From: Epiperipatus broadwayi
Taxonomy: Eukaryota; Animalia; Onychophora
Assembly: GCA_028023455.1 (NCBI GenBank)
Contig: JAQFVV010000010.1
Location: 6,448,001 to 6,512,000 of the forward strand
Length of the DNA: 64,000 nucleotides
Reading direction: 5' to 3'
Within the stretch, counting starts at the first letter, position 1. Each line of letters opens with the position of its first letter. Positions 37,871 through 52,284 of this stretch are shown here, in pieces. The notes beneath the pieces are model-generated. The model was given only the letters and a program-made list of their open reading frames with translations, was not told where the DNA came from and did no database searches. The position numbers and the translations under genes were made by a program.

Positions 37871-40844
37871 TTGGTTAAGATAAAACAGATTCAAAGCAGC
37901 TTCTTACTGGTTTAACCCTAATCAATTTTCTATAAATGACTGTTATGATTATTTCAAAAAGTGTGTATGAAATACATAATTAATGATATTTTGTGATAAT
38001 TTTTTTTTTGACCAATGCTGAATTTATGTGGTTTTACTTTTATTGAAATTCAGAAAGATAGTGAAAGACATATATAATGCTTTCTAAGAAGAATAAAACA
38101 GAAGAAAATAGAGAAAAAAAAATATTATTGATACTGAAAGAAGTGAATGTATGCTAAAATTTCAAAGATTACTGGAGAACTGAGCAATATGTGATGCTTT
38201 GAGATATTAGTCTTTTAAAGACAGGAACCATATCTCTGAAATATTCATCAGATGGAAAAGCTTTGAGCTTTTCTACTCATTTTCCTCCCAGACATTTAAT
38301 TTCTGACTTTTAAAACTTATATTTTCTTATTCATCTCTATATATTCTAAGCCTCAGTAAAACCTGAAAACTTATTAGAGATTTGTTCATATTGCAATTGT
38401 GTATACATGTCTACCTAGACATACCTGATTCATAATTCTAAGATATCAACAGATTACTATAGGTGGCTTATATCCAAAGTTTGGCATGAAGTTAACTGAT
38501 AATTAGTACAAAAGATGTATTCATTAAATCTTCTTCTGTTATGAGTAAAAATACCACTAATGAAGGAGTTTTTCAGATATAAAAATGAATTACTTGTCAG
38601 ATGAACATAAAGAAAATAGCTCACAATATAACTTAATATTTAGATCAGTATCATTTTCCAACAGAGAGTGATATATTGAGTTAATGAAGCAATGATATTC
38701 AATAAACAAATAGTTTTCTAATATACAGAAGAATTAAAAGTTTCAGAAAACAATAATAAAAGAAATAGAAATTTCCAGAAAGAATAATATTAAAAGAGGC
38801 AGACAACTATAACTAATAGTATCAAATTACAGAGATAAAATCAGTGTAACATGAATGAATGTGTATAATGGAAAGCAAAATAGATCGAGAAGAGATCAAA
38901 AAAGCCAGATGAAAATACAGTGACCAGTTTTATTACTTATTCTAAGGGAAGATATTGTAACTATTGAGAAAAGTATCACAAGATAAATATTGATAATATA
39001 TCATGGCAAAAAATAATAACAACAACAATAATAATAGTAAAATAAATATGATACAGTTTAAATATAGGGTTTGTCTTGTTATATGCTTGTAGTGACTAAT
39101 ATATAATTATGAATGTTTTTATTGGCTCATGTATTTTTTCAAAGTATTTGGATTCATTAATTTATAACAAAAGGGATGGAGTGTTAACTATTTTTGCGAA
39201 ATATATGTCAACATATATATAATTTTGTAATATTCATTCATTGAAGTAACATTTTTGATTATGGAAGAAGGGGAATTTAGGTTTTGCAGGCAAGTATGGC
39301 TTATTGCATACTGTAATGTTTGATTACTTAATGGCATGTTTGCAAACAGTATAAATTAAAAACTGACAGTAATTGGAATAATTACTGGAAGTAATTAACA
39401 AAATCTTATAAAATTATTAGCCCCCTCCCCTAAAAAAACCCATTTTCTTAAGGTACATAAACAATAAATTAAAATAATTAAATCACATATTTAAAAAAAA
39501 TATTTTAATTAAATTATATAAACAATAGAATGAATTAATTAAATCATATAGTAAGCAGGATTAAAAGTGTTAATAAAAAACATCTTAAGCAAATGAGCAC
39601 ATTGGCTTTGAGTTTTTGAAAAATAGGTTTTGATCAAGAGATATCTAATCAATGGAAGAATTTAAAATGTTTTAGTCAGATTATTAGCTAGCTATATAGT
39701 GCAAATCTTCAAACATTCCAGTCAGTATTTAGAAGTGAAGAGAATTTTGTAGCTGAGAGCAACTCATAAAGCTAAAGAGACTATAAGATTGGCAATTATC
39801 ACCAGCTAATTCTAAGATAGGGCACTGGATATAGCAACAGGGATATTTACACTCAAGTTTTGTGGAAAATAATATACAGTAGACAAATTACTTTAAAAAA
39901 TTCCTTAATCTAAGCTATAATATTTAACATTTACACTATTATAAATAATCTTTAACATATTCAGCTGGGGTTAGTTAAAAATGTATCACTTGCTGTTCAT
40001 ATGCCATGCCATTCTTTGAAGATGGATGGATGCTAAGCTGTAAGATTTATAAAAAGCCATCTATTGCTTGTCTAAATACCCGATATGTAGACTTGCATCA
40101 CAAGACTGACTGCTGAATTGCCTTATGAAATGTAATTATAAACTCTGGCCTATTAATTAATTCATTATGCTACCTATAATTTAATGGATAAACTGCACAA
40201 GTATAAGACTAGAATTTTGCAAAGGATTTAAACCATATAATAAAGATTGAAGCTTATGTTTTTTTAATATTCATTTTACATTTTTTTAGTTTCAGAAAAC
40301 AAAGTTTAATGGATTTTTTTTTCTTGTAAACTTTAACGAGAGTATTGGAAAAATTGAATTTTATCTCTCTTCATTTTATCTTCTATTGAAGGGGAAATAA
40401 AATTTACTCTTCTCAAGTCAGATTGAAATCTTATGAGGGAAATGGATTTTATGTTTTCCTAAGAAATCCATATAGTTTCTTTTGTTTGTTTCACTATATT
40501 ATTATTTATATTATTCCATCCTATGAAGCATAATGCATCTAATATATTTTGACATTTTGTTAAAAGTTCCCGAAATTCTAAATCAACATAAAGTATTGAA
40601 TATTACAATATAATTAGAAAACCATAATTTTTGGTGAGAGAACAAGTATATACTTGACAGATGTGTCAGTTCAAGTTTTATTCTTATGATATGTATGCAA
40701 CATCTGCATTACAGCACAGTTAAATTTTTAATTTAAGATAAATTGTTATTAATAGCTTATTCTAAACTAATTCCCATTAGCAACTTTCTCCATACAATAT
40801 TTCTACCTAGTGTAAAGCCATAGCAATAAATGAATGCTAACAGG

Positions 40845-40955
40845 ATAGTACTTTAAAATTCCTATCTAATGCCTACTCATCCAATATCCCTGACTAGTTT
40901 CTAGCTTATAGTTTTCATCAATGAGCAGCCTTGAATCTGAGCACCTAGATCTACA
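40845..40955 (-). mobile_element. Degenerate copy of the 6735-family PLE tail
   Basis: Minus strand ...ctcagattcaaggctgctcattgatgaa...agaaactagtcagggatattggatgagtagg. Confidence 0.6.
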
Positions 40956-43900
40956 AAAATTTGAGTCCTAACTGAAAACACAATAACGTTTTCAATCCAA
41001 GCTAATTCACTTGGGTAGTCAATTCAGTAAATATCTTTGGTTTTTAATAACCATAGTCACCATTATTCTTTAGTTAAAAATGATATTAAACTATTGTAAC
41101 ATTACATGACCACCATTTCTTAGTTTATATATTGGGTAAGCATAAGAAATGGCAGTCATGCGATGCTATAGTGGTTTTAATACTAATGCTCATTCTTGGA
41201 CGAATGTGTGCTTTATTTTAATGATATGCATTTGTTTGTTTAAAAATAATTATTTGACTATAATCAAGGCTCTAAGGTCTCTGCTTTATGCTGAGCTAGA
41301 TATAAAAAATATTAACAAGGGAGGAAGTTTACTGCAACGTAAAGAGTTATACATGATGTCTTTTAGACTATTGAAAATAAGGCCTGTTTGAGTAGGAATT
41401 AGCCTATTTGACTATATATGTCTTTATCAAATGATCCTTTTAAGTTACCATTATGAAGAAGTTGGATTACAAATGAATGATGAATTTTGGAAATAAAACC
41501 ATTGCCATTAAGGATTTAATTTTAATATAGTCATAAATTAAATGTCCCAGTTTGATCATCATCATTATTCTATGGTTGGGTAATCTTAATGTAACACCAT
41601 ATAGTTTATACAGAAAGTACCAGAAATGTTACCATTATAATATATATATATATATGTAAATACCTGAAAGCAGTCAATACGTAAACAATACCAATATCAA
41701 TAATAATCAACGATCTCTTAAGTTGTCTGCCTAAAGACAACTTACAAAATCATGAGTGATAATTTGCCATTGTTTACCATTCCATTAATACAATTTATTT
41801 TTGCATCTCAAATTTAAATCTATATCTTAAATTATACAATACTTTAAATAAGTATGATATACAATAAATATATGCATGTGTGTACATATATATATATATA
41901 TAAATTTTAAGTATTATCTGATTATCGTTGTTACTATTTATATATCTTATATTTATATACCTATTTCATTTTGTATATAATATTAATATATCAAAACTTG
42001 TTAAGTAAATGAATGCATACGCTTAATATAATATAATAAGTTACATGTAAGAATAAATGTATACAGAGAGATATAAAGTTTCTATCTACTATGATTTTAA
42101 TGGTGATGCATTTATTATATTACATATATATGTGTGTGTGCATGTAAGTATATATGATATGCTTAAATATATAAAGACTATGACAATTAATACATTTTTT
42201 TTGTAGACAGGTGATTATAGTACAAATGAAATGCATTATATAATAATAAAGAAAAATATAATAATAGATGTTATATTGTATGCTGTGGTTAGTAAATATT
42301 TTGATAAATATTTATGACTAATTAATCAGATAAACATGAATCAGTGGATGGGCTAATCTCTTCATTACAAGACTCCTTCCAGAATGCAAGGTGTGATATT
42401 TCAGAACATAACTACTATCAATCTAAATATATTAATCAACATTGTCAGAAATCATAGCCTTGTGAATAAGTTATGCAAGAATTTTATTTAAATTTTCAGC
42501 ATTTTCTTGTGAGCTTGGTGGAACGGTGGAACAGGTTTCAAATTAGGTATGACTATAGAGAAAATGCTTTTGGATATCTGTATGATCATTAACATAGTAA
42601 AATTTCACTTTGCATTCTTCTTCACTAAAAGAATTCATATTTCTTATTTGATGCTATGTATATACACTATGGTGTCATAATAAGAAATTGTACCTATTCA
42701 ATACACTTAAGCATGCTTTATTTGCTTTTATAGTTGCAGAATAATCAACAGTTTTATTTTAAAACATAAATGTAAAATTAAAGTAAAATTATTTATATTT
42801 CAATATTTCTTTTTAGTATTTTCAAAGAAGTAAAATATCCAGAATACACAGAATAACCTTCAGAAATATTAAACTTTTCTTTGTGCAAATTACCATTATC
42901 TTAATAGTCTTGTTGTTCATCAGAATCACAATTTTATTCAGCATCAGGCAGCTATGAACTTAACTCAGCACATCTAAGATTATATGTGTCTATCTGCTCC
43001 TTTATACTAATCATATTACACGTATGTATGTTTTTCAACCATGGCATTGTCACTCATTAACCAACTTAAATTCTAGCTAATGATCAATGAAGGCCTAGCT
43101 AAGTTAATTAGTTCTATTTGAAAAAAATTATAAGCCTAGTTAAGAATTGGAAATTTTTTCAAACCATAAATAAACTTATAATTTTTTCCAAGATTTGTCT
43201 GGTCTGACATAAACTCCCCAATAATTGGCATGGCAGGTGAAGGTTTAACCACTATTTGATGAGACTTTTGTATTACAATATTATAGACTATGTTAAACTA
43301 GTTACTTGTCATTGGATGATACAGAGTGTAAAAAATTAATTATGCTAATCATATTTAATAATGACCTTAAATAAATATTGTAATTATAATTTTGATATTT
43401 CTCTTTCTTGACTATTTGTCAGTCAATATATAGAAAATAAATTTCAATAGATGAATTCCAAAATATTTTAATGAGAGCATTTGTAATAACAAAAAAAAAT
43501 TATGTGATGATTGGTCAAAGTTGCAATGATACGGCAATTAAATCTTCAATATTTACTGTAATATTTTGGATAAAAGTAATAGTTAATTTATTTACAAGTG
43601 TTAGATATATAAAGCTGATATTTAAGGAAGACTGGTTATTGATATTTAAGAAGTAAAGCAATAAAAAAAGTTGGAAAAACTGATCTAGTATAATGAGATC
43701 TATTTTTTGGAAAGTAACTAATGATTATGTATATCTTTATTTCAAAATATACTAAATTAAAAATATAAAATTTAATGGTGATTAAACAATGTTATAGTCT
43801 GCACTCACTATTATGCAAAACTATATTTAAATTTCATGAGATTGCCAAACAGGAGAAAATCCTAATCTCGTTGCCTTACAGATATGTTATAGCCTTGAAG

Positions 43901-44305
43901 AAGGCACAGTTCCACAAATAAATTAGTAACAATTATACCAACAACTAATTGACTAATAATTAGTGAATTTTATGTAATCACTTTTGTTGAGGTCTGCACT
44001 TTTCTGAAGGGTATTATGAGATAAAATATATTATATAAATAGAAACAGAAAATAAATCAATAGTTTGTACTTTCTCAATACAAGAAAAATAATAATCTCT
44101 TGTTTACTAAGAATGGAATTTTATAGATTAAATTTGATAAAACTATTTTCCTATTAATAGTGATTCACAATATTTAATTCAAACAAACAAAACTGCTTCA
44201 GTATTTGATAACTATTTTCTGGATATTTTTATATGGAACAAACTCTTTCTACAAATCATTCAAATAAACTTCCAAATAATTAATACTTGTCATTTTCTTT
44301 TTCCG

Positions 44306-44666
44306 TAAATAAAACAGGCAAAAACTCACTATACATATTGCCACACAGCAAGCTAGAGTTATAATAAATGGATGCCAAAAGGCTTGTGCATAAAATCCCC
44401 ATCTAGTATCTATTCATCCAATATCCCCAGATTAACTTCTGTCTTGTGGCCTTCGTCAGTGAGGAGCCTTGGATCTGAGAGCACTGCACATAGATCTTAG
44501 GAACTAATGCAACCCTCCAGCAGCAGCCACTACAAAACTATGAGTCTGGGGATATTGGATGAGTAGGCACTAGATGGGGATTTTATGCACAAGCCTTCTG
44601 GCATCTATTGATTACTCTAGCTTGCTGTGTGGCAATACGTATAGTGAGTTTTTGCCTATTTTAATA
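44306..44666. mobile_element. Asymmetric palindrome of the 6735-family PLE tail
   Basis: Left arm 44306-44531 (-) includes the hammerhead-like motif; right arm 44544-44666 (+) starts at GTC-TGGGGA. Confidence 0.8.
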
Positions 44667-47600
44667 ACAATTATAAGCAAGCACAGTGTACCGGTCAAGC
44701 TAGCACATTCGCGCAACAGAATCCAGAGTCCAAGCAAAGATACCAAGCCGACCAGTATGAGATGGTTAGATCTCGAGACTGACTGCACTTCAACTCCTTC
44801 ACCTGTGCTCCAAGACTCACGACCCTACGGATGACCACCTTGAAGATACATATAGATATTATTTTAACCGCGAGCCGACATAGGTCAGGGAGAAACAATG
44901 AGACTCATAACAAAGAATGGAATTTATTAACTATATATATTTAAAACTAATTAATGCATAGGAAATCACATATATAATATAAAGAATTTTGAACTGGATT
45001 GAAATAAATAAGATCGAGAACAGAGTAATTTATTAAATTGTATGTTTATTTTTGCAGATTAAATTTGACGATTTTTATATATTATTCTTGCATTTTACAA
45101 TTAAAATGCGCGGAGCATCTAACATTTTTGGAGAGCGCTTTAACATTCTCTCCTTACAATTAAAATTATTTTACATTTGTTGTGCTATTTGATGAAATTA
45201 AATATTGTTTTCATCATTTGCTTGATTATCTTATTGATCAGTCACTGCATTGTAGCTATGGGGCAGATTATGCTAATCCCTCTTATTTCATGGTTTTCAG
45301 CTAAGTAATCAGACAAAGCCTTGTTTTCACATATATGTGAAACATTTAAAGTCAAATTTATCTATAACATTATTATTTCAAACTATTGTACATGAGACCG
45401 AAACTAGCTCTTGAATATGTCAGACAATGGCTGAAACTTAATTTAAGGGAGGAAGAGTTGGCAACAAAAGAACCAATGCGCTATAGCGCTGGTAAACAGT
45501 TATAATAAATGTTGCCCTGCGGGTGGATTAATATTTAGGGTTTTGTGATCAACACCGGAGCCCTATGACCGATCGCCATGCTGCTAAAGAGGGTTGGGGT
45601 AGCTAACACTATTGCCTGGAATTTGATGTCAGGTCTTATTCGTGTGTGACCCAAGGAGTGTAAGAGGGATGGCCGTTCCGAGTCCCATCTTAAAGAAAAT
45701 GCAACATAACGAGAAAGTTTAAATGTATAATAAAATTATCACATCCGCCAAGCAAAAGAGTTGAAATAATTTCATATTTAGCCACGAGAACGATAGCTAA
45801 TCAGTGTAATCATTAGCGCCAACTCTAATATAGCATTTTAATAATCATATGCTATACGTGGGCGTACTTTTAAATATTCTTTGCTTTCTAGTTTCAATCT
45901 CAAATAACACATTTGATTACGCGATTAATAAAAAAAGGGGGAAAAAGTATATTTGGAGGGCTTTTACAAAATGAAATAAATAACAAATATACTTATTCAA
46001 GGCTTGGATATTGCTTAGTGAAAATTAAATTGAAATTTACTTTGGGTTAAAACAAGATTCCCATTTTAAAATTGCCAACAAATAATTAAATAATCAAGGT
46101 CAAAATAATAATCAGCACATAGCCAATTCTTGACAGTTATTTAAGAGGGTTTCAAACAGCGTGCATAAGCTACGATAAATAATTATCAAATGAAGAGGGT
46201 CATTCTCTCTTCTCTTTATTATTAATATTGAATGCGTGTTTCGAGGCATTAGCATATAATTTATATTTTAAAATAAAAAAGAAATAAAGAAACCATGTCA
46301 CAACTGCAGTGAGAAAATTGAAAATAAAATTATTAAAATCATTTAGTTAGGAAACATTAGAAAGTAGGTCAGAATTATATATAAAAAATAATTAAATTTA
46401 AGAATAAAATTTTACATTTAGCAATTTACTTGAATTCAAGATTTTAGAATTAAAATAAATTTTATAAGTCTAGACTTAAAGAAAAATTAATATATTGAAC
46501 TGCAGTTAGAAATGGTGATGTTACCGGTCATCTTGTAGTACTTGAGCTGGAGTTACGAGCTTTGTGGCCTTGCCATCATCTTCTTCCCACGGTTAGAGCG
46601 GATGTTATGGCGCTCTGGTGATGGTGGTTTTTGGATGGAGAAGGCCCGTCGCCTTCACTCTGGAGCTTAGCCAGCTGCCTGTTTTGCCCCTTTTCTCTCG
46701 AACAGATATAAAAATTATTGACTTAACTGGATGTCAAAAGTTCGGTTGCTTTTGGTTCAGAACGCTGGATTCAAAAGCTTAAAGAGATCAAAGAAGGCAA
46801 AAATCCACAGATGTAGCATTCAAGCTGTAAAGATTTCAAAATTCAAAGCTGTCAAGGTTTCAAAGGTAAAGATCTAAGAGGCTCCTCCCTTTTCAGGCCT
46901 TTTTAAAGATGCCTTATCAGCCCACACCCTTGGAATTTCATCTCCATCAAGATTACAAAATTTTTAATTTACTTATGTAATTAGTGGTTGATTTCAAACG
47001 CTGACTTTCTTTTGGTGTTATAACTTTTCTCTGTTATCAATTTTTAATTAAACGAATTTTAATCGTTTAATCCGATATTAGATTTTATTTTTAATTAGTC
47101 AGGAATTTTGTTCTGATTTTATAATTTATGTAAAATCCTTGCTGTAAACATATTTTTAATTAGCGAGGCTCCAAAATAATTTAGAATCAATTAGCTAGAT
47201 TATTTTAAAATTGGCTTTTCTTTTTAGAAACCTCAGGCAGGTGTGGCTATACTGATACAATTGTTTACGCAAAAACTTTACTAAACTTTTAATTCTACGA
47301 AAATACTTTTATTTTTAGAAAAAAATCTTTTTCTTTTAAAAGAAACTTGTCAGCGCATTTGCAATCAACGCCCTTTCAATTTTTTTACATTAAATTGTTT
47401 ATAATAAAAATGAAACTTAAAATTTAATAAATATTTTAATCACGCCCTATCTATATATATCAATATAGGTGGATATATCCCACATACGAATTTAAGTAAT
47501 AAATTAATAAATTGACGCTACATATTACTGTACTAAAAATAGTTTAAAAATATTACGCGATAAAATTATCGCTATAACCTGGCAATACTTTCAATTATAT

Positions 47601-47799
47601 TCTTTCGTATGGCGTATATAGCTGTTTATATAGCGATTGCAATTTTTAGCTTACAAATCTTAATTTAGACTTATTAAACGGTTTGAATCAGCACGACGAG
47701 TGGGTATTAGAGGTTGGTGAAACGGTGGGTTTGAGACAACGTTCAATAGGAAGTGGTGATCATGTGATGTTTCCGTAAATATTATATAAATAGTAGATT

Positions 47800-48500
47800 A
47801 GAATGTTGTCCATTTCTACCATTAATAACTGTAGTATATATACTATAGTGTAGACAACCTAGTCAGAGCACTATGGTCATGGCACTGTGGTTTACAGGTG
47901 GAAGAAAGTTGAAATGAAACTTCTCTAAATGTACAATCTTTGAATAACAAGTAAACGTGCCTAACTCAACACTACCTGTTGCACTTTAAGAACAGCCTCA
48001 TTAGTGTTATGCTTTAAGGCTAAGTACTTATCCAACTGCAAGTAATTTCAGCCTACTTCAGCCTTTCTCTAGCATTACTAGTCACATAATTCCAGTAGAA
48101 CTCGAGCTCAATAATGGAATCTTGACATCCAGCAATTGCTATGCAGGTAGTTATAAAAATGGAATTTTAGTGATTGTACAATCATAAAACTCCATTATCA
48201 CACATACTTATAGACAGGTGATGGATGACATGGGAGGCCATTATGACTGGACTCCTATACTAACTTAAGTGCACTGAAGAAGGATAAGATGAAATGCTAG
48301 AGAATATTGCTTAGCAGGTTGGAATTCTTAAGTCGTAATAGCCTTTGCATAAACTAATACAATCGTCTATATGAGCTGTCAAGAAGCAGGTGTTGAGTAG
48401 GAGTCCCTGTTGGAATTGTACATTCATAGTTGATCTTTAGAACTGAAGGTCATTCCACTTTCTTACACAACTGGCTAAACCATCAGTGTCCTAAAATGCA
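47800..48500 (-). pseudogene. CR1-like LINE 3' fragment
   Basis: Minus frames give QQGLLLNTCFLTAHIDD and a later ..HLEK segment; ATTCT-containing tail near 47800. Confidence 0.45.
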
Positions 48501-48689
48501 TAGCATCTGACTATTGGCTAGGTATATATATACTATAGCAGATTACTTATTTCAATGGTAGAAATGGATAACAATAGTAGTATCAGTAGAGATGAGTAAT
48601 ACAACTAAAGATTTGTATCATAAATCTTTTTTTTTTTTTTTCTAAATAAAAGTGCATGAAATGGGCAAACTTTAATCAATAAAAATTTT

Positions 48690-51260
48690 TCAAGACCAGG
48701 AGGACTGCACCGGTGACTAAGAAGCTGTCAAGATTTAAGATTGATAAAAATGCTCTTATTGAAACTCATCTTCCAGAAGAAAGTTTAAAAAATGGATGAC
48801 TACAAGTTTTTTTACAAGGTCAGATCAGCCAGCATATAGGAAATGCATAGTGTTGGATTTGCTATAAAATCTAATTTAATATATTTTTTTGCTGGAATTC
48901 CTCATTGTATCAGTGAAAGCTAATAGTGTCAAAACTTAGCCTTACACAATAATAGTAATTCTTATTTTATTAATATCTATGCTCCACATTAGATAATTCA
49001 TAGAAGCTTTTATTCCTTTCTGAATAGCATTTTACAGCAATATCATTAAAAGATCAATTTTGTCATGTTGGAGATTTTAATACACATGTTGGTATAAATA
49101 GTAGACTTTGGCCAAAAGTTATTAGAAATAATAACATTAAAGCAGTAAATTCAAATGGTCTGTTGTTATTACATTTTTGCACAACACATCACAAATACTT
49201 TGTTTAGATAGAAAACCTACTAGAAAGAAATATGAATGCATCTAAGCTCAATGCAATGGCATTTAATAGATTACATTATAGTTAGAAGGTGATATTATGT
49301 GAGCACTTACAGGCACAGATTGTTGATTGGATCACAGATTAATAAGCTCTAAGATTAAAATGATAGATTCATTAAAGCTATATTTTGTTCTAATCATAGT
49401 AACAAAAAACAACAACAACTAATGTTCATTCTTTACAAGTTTATACTAAATTTCAACAACTACTGAACACTAAAATTGCTGGTATGGACACCCATGAATT
49501 ACTGAACAATAGAATTCTCTTAAGGGAGTGTTATGGATAAATAATTCTATCCTTGAATTCACTAAAAAGAGAAATCATGGTTTATTTTATGATAATGATA
49601 AAATTATTAATAATGTGAATAAAAGTAAACATGTGGTATTTTCTACAATAAATTAAAGTGGAACTTTGAAATGAATATAGAGATCCAAAAGCAGAAGTTC
49701 AACTTGAAAGGCTTAAAAATGATTAGTGAATTAAAATTTCAAAGAAGATACGGCAGTTTAGTGAAATCAAAATAGCCCTTTGTAATCTTAAAAATGAAAA
49801 AGCTGCAGGTCATGATGAAATATTTGAAGTTTTAAATGATGGTGATAATATGTTCTTAAAAAATATTGGATTTTTTTAAGAATGTATGGAATCCTGAAGT
49901 TATTTTGTGTGATTTTAAGGATGATTCTATTGTTCCAATTTTTAAAAATAAAGGGAATAGACATTATGGAATATCATTATTATTATCCATTACAGGAAAG
50001 ATATTTTCAAGAATTTTGTTGAATATGTTGCTTCCAGTCATAATTAATAATTATCAGAGACTTAATGTGGGTTTTAAAGAATTGGTACTATAGATATGAT
50101 TTTTGTTATCAGGAAAATGCAAGAAAATTGTGATGAACAAAACAGTGATTATACTGCTTTTATTAATTTGGTCAAGACATTGGAGTCAATAAATCAAACA
50201 GGTTTATGACCTTATTTGAAATTAGTTGTTGTCCACCAAAATTTATTTGAATAATACAGTTTTTAATGATAGAATGAGAGGAAATGTTATTACTACAAGA
50301 GGAAAATCTAAGGCATTTGAAATGAAAACTGGAGTTAAACAAGAATATGTAGTTGTTCCAACATTGCTTTCAATTATTATGGCAGCTGTCTTTGGAATTA
50401 TTCATAGGCAGCTTAATGAAACAAGGATAAAGATGCAAAATAAATGATGGTGGAAGCTTTTAATTTGAATCTAATAAAAGTAAAGACAAGAACATCTTCT
50501 TGGATTTTGGATTTATAGTGTGTTGATGATTATGCTACTTTTGCCAGTTCAAAGACAATTTACAGAATAAAATTAATGTTTTGAATGCAACATTTAAAGA
50601 CTTTAATTTAATAATTAATGTTCAAAAAAATGTAATTTCTTTATCAGCCAATGACAGAAAAAAAAGCTTGATGGTTATCATATTAAAAATTGGCAGTTTT
50701 AGAGATAAAAGGTGAATTTAGATATTGAGGTATAGCCCAGACTTCAATGCATTGCTGCTGCTTTTACCAAGTTAAAAGATAAAGTTAAAACTGTTACTTT
50801 ACTTTATCTAATTTATTACATGGAAGTGAGACTTGGACACTCTATAAATGCAATATATAGACATTAGAAAAGTTTCATTTAAGCAGGCTCCAAAAAATTT
50901 TAAAAATACAATGACAAGAATATAAATTCAATCAGTATGTTCCTCAACTTATGGGATATGAAACTATAGAGTCCACTAATGTAAAATCATATCTTCATGG
51001 ATAAGTAAGATAAATGAACACTGCAAGATTTCCCAAAAGGATATTTTACAATGAATCTGAGCATGGTTTTCATAGAAGATATAGACCCATCTATGTTATA
51101 AGATTTATGTCAATGACCTTCTAAAAAAATGCAATATTGATTGTTTCTATGGGGAGATATGGCAAAGAATAGAGTACATTGGAGAGCCACAATTAGACAT
51201 GATGGTGAAATACTCCAGAAAAAAAAAGTTATCTGTTGAAGAAATTAAAAGATAGTATCA
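48690..51260 (+). mobile_element. Decayed RTE-clade LINE (APE endonuclease + RT)
   Basis: GDFNTHVG, HLIDYIIVR, DHRLI, KAAGHDEI, DDSIVPIFKNKG, ITGKIFSRILLN, MKTGVKQ; many frameshifts. Confidence 0.85.
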
Positions 51261-51501
51261 TAAAATATCAAACGGAAATATGAACCAAAATGTTTTACAT
51301 GTGGATGCATTTGTGGTTTACAGATTAGTTTATATAATACTACAAAACATTTCTAGAGCAGTTTTTCATCTTTTTCTTTTATTTCCTTGGAGTTCAGAAT
51401 GGCCATACTCATTTACAAGTAGCTACTCTATATGGGTGTGTGTCTGTAAAAATAATGAATATTTCAATAATTTATTATTAAAATTAACAATTATACTTCA
51501 C

Positions 51502-51730
51502 TTCTTGTGATCATGATAAGGGAACCTTCTTCTCGACCAAAACGACCAAACTTCATGGCTGTGATTACTTCATCAGTCTTGATGATATTTACTAAAAATT
51601 TATCTTTGTAAAGATGAACTTCACGATTATTAAGAGCTACCAGGACACCTATAAAACCTCGAGAGTGATATTCCATTACCTCAACAGCAATAATGGAAGC
51701 ATTCATTTTAGTAGTCCATAATTTTTTACC
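51502..51730 (-). CDS. BBS1: BBS1 exon (GKKLWTTKMNASII...KFGRFGREEGSLIMITR)
   Basis: tttag acceptor, 229 nt, includes ORF-track 51491..51706. The weak donor GTGAAG was chosen because phase 1 is needed to join 34043. Confidence 0.93.
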
Positions 51731-51938
51731 CTAAAAAATTATAATAAATAATAATTAGAAATATTTTTAAAAAGTACATTTTTTTTTTAGAAAAATTATT
51801 TGTTTTCTGTTTTTTTTTAAAAAAACTTATTTTTGAAAGATGTTGAAAAAATGAGAGCTCTAAAAAATAAATAAATAATTACTATGTATATACTCATCAA
51901 ATCACATATAAAACTTAAAATAAAATTTAAAATATAAC

Positions 51939-52059
51939 CTTTGTTGTAAAGCAGACAAGTGTGTCATCCATACAACCAACAACAATAGTTTTACCAATGC
52001 GGACCATGCCAACTACTTGAGAACTAAGTTCAATACAAGTCTTTGGTGTTTTATAGCCA
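51939..52059 (-). CDS. BBS1: BBS1 exon (GYKTPKTCIELSSQVVGMVRIGKTIVVGCMDDTLVCFTTK)
   Basis: AG/GTTATA boundaries, 121 nt; its phase-2 start completes the CG+T Arg codon from the previous exon. Confidence 0.93.
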
Positions 52060-52177
52060 CTAAAAAAAAAAAATTAAGTAAACTAAATGTATTGAAATAA
52101 CAAAATTAATATATCAAAAGATAATAATTTATGTTTACTATTTTCAATATAAATATATTCAGACAATAAAAGATTAC

Positions 52178-52284
52178 CGTTTTAATGGATACAACTTTCC
52201 ATCTCTACAAGCAGCAATAATTCTAAATTCTACATCATAAAGACCTGAGACACTAAGAAAAACAGGAACACTGGATAATGTCAT
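52178..52284 (-). CDS. BBS1: BBS1 exon ([35 protein letters not shown])
   Basis: AG/GTAATC boundaries, 107 nt; matches BBS1 [25 protein letters not shown]. Confidence 0.95.

Noticed and set aside
44688-45392. Solo LTR on the minus strand (TGTACC ... TGTACA ends)
   Set aside because: No matching TSD, PBS or second copy.
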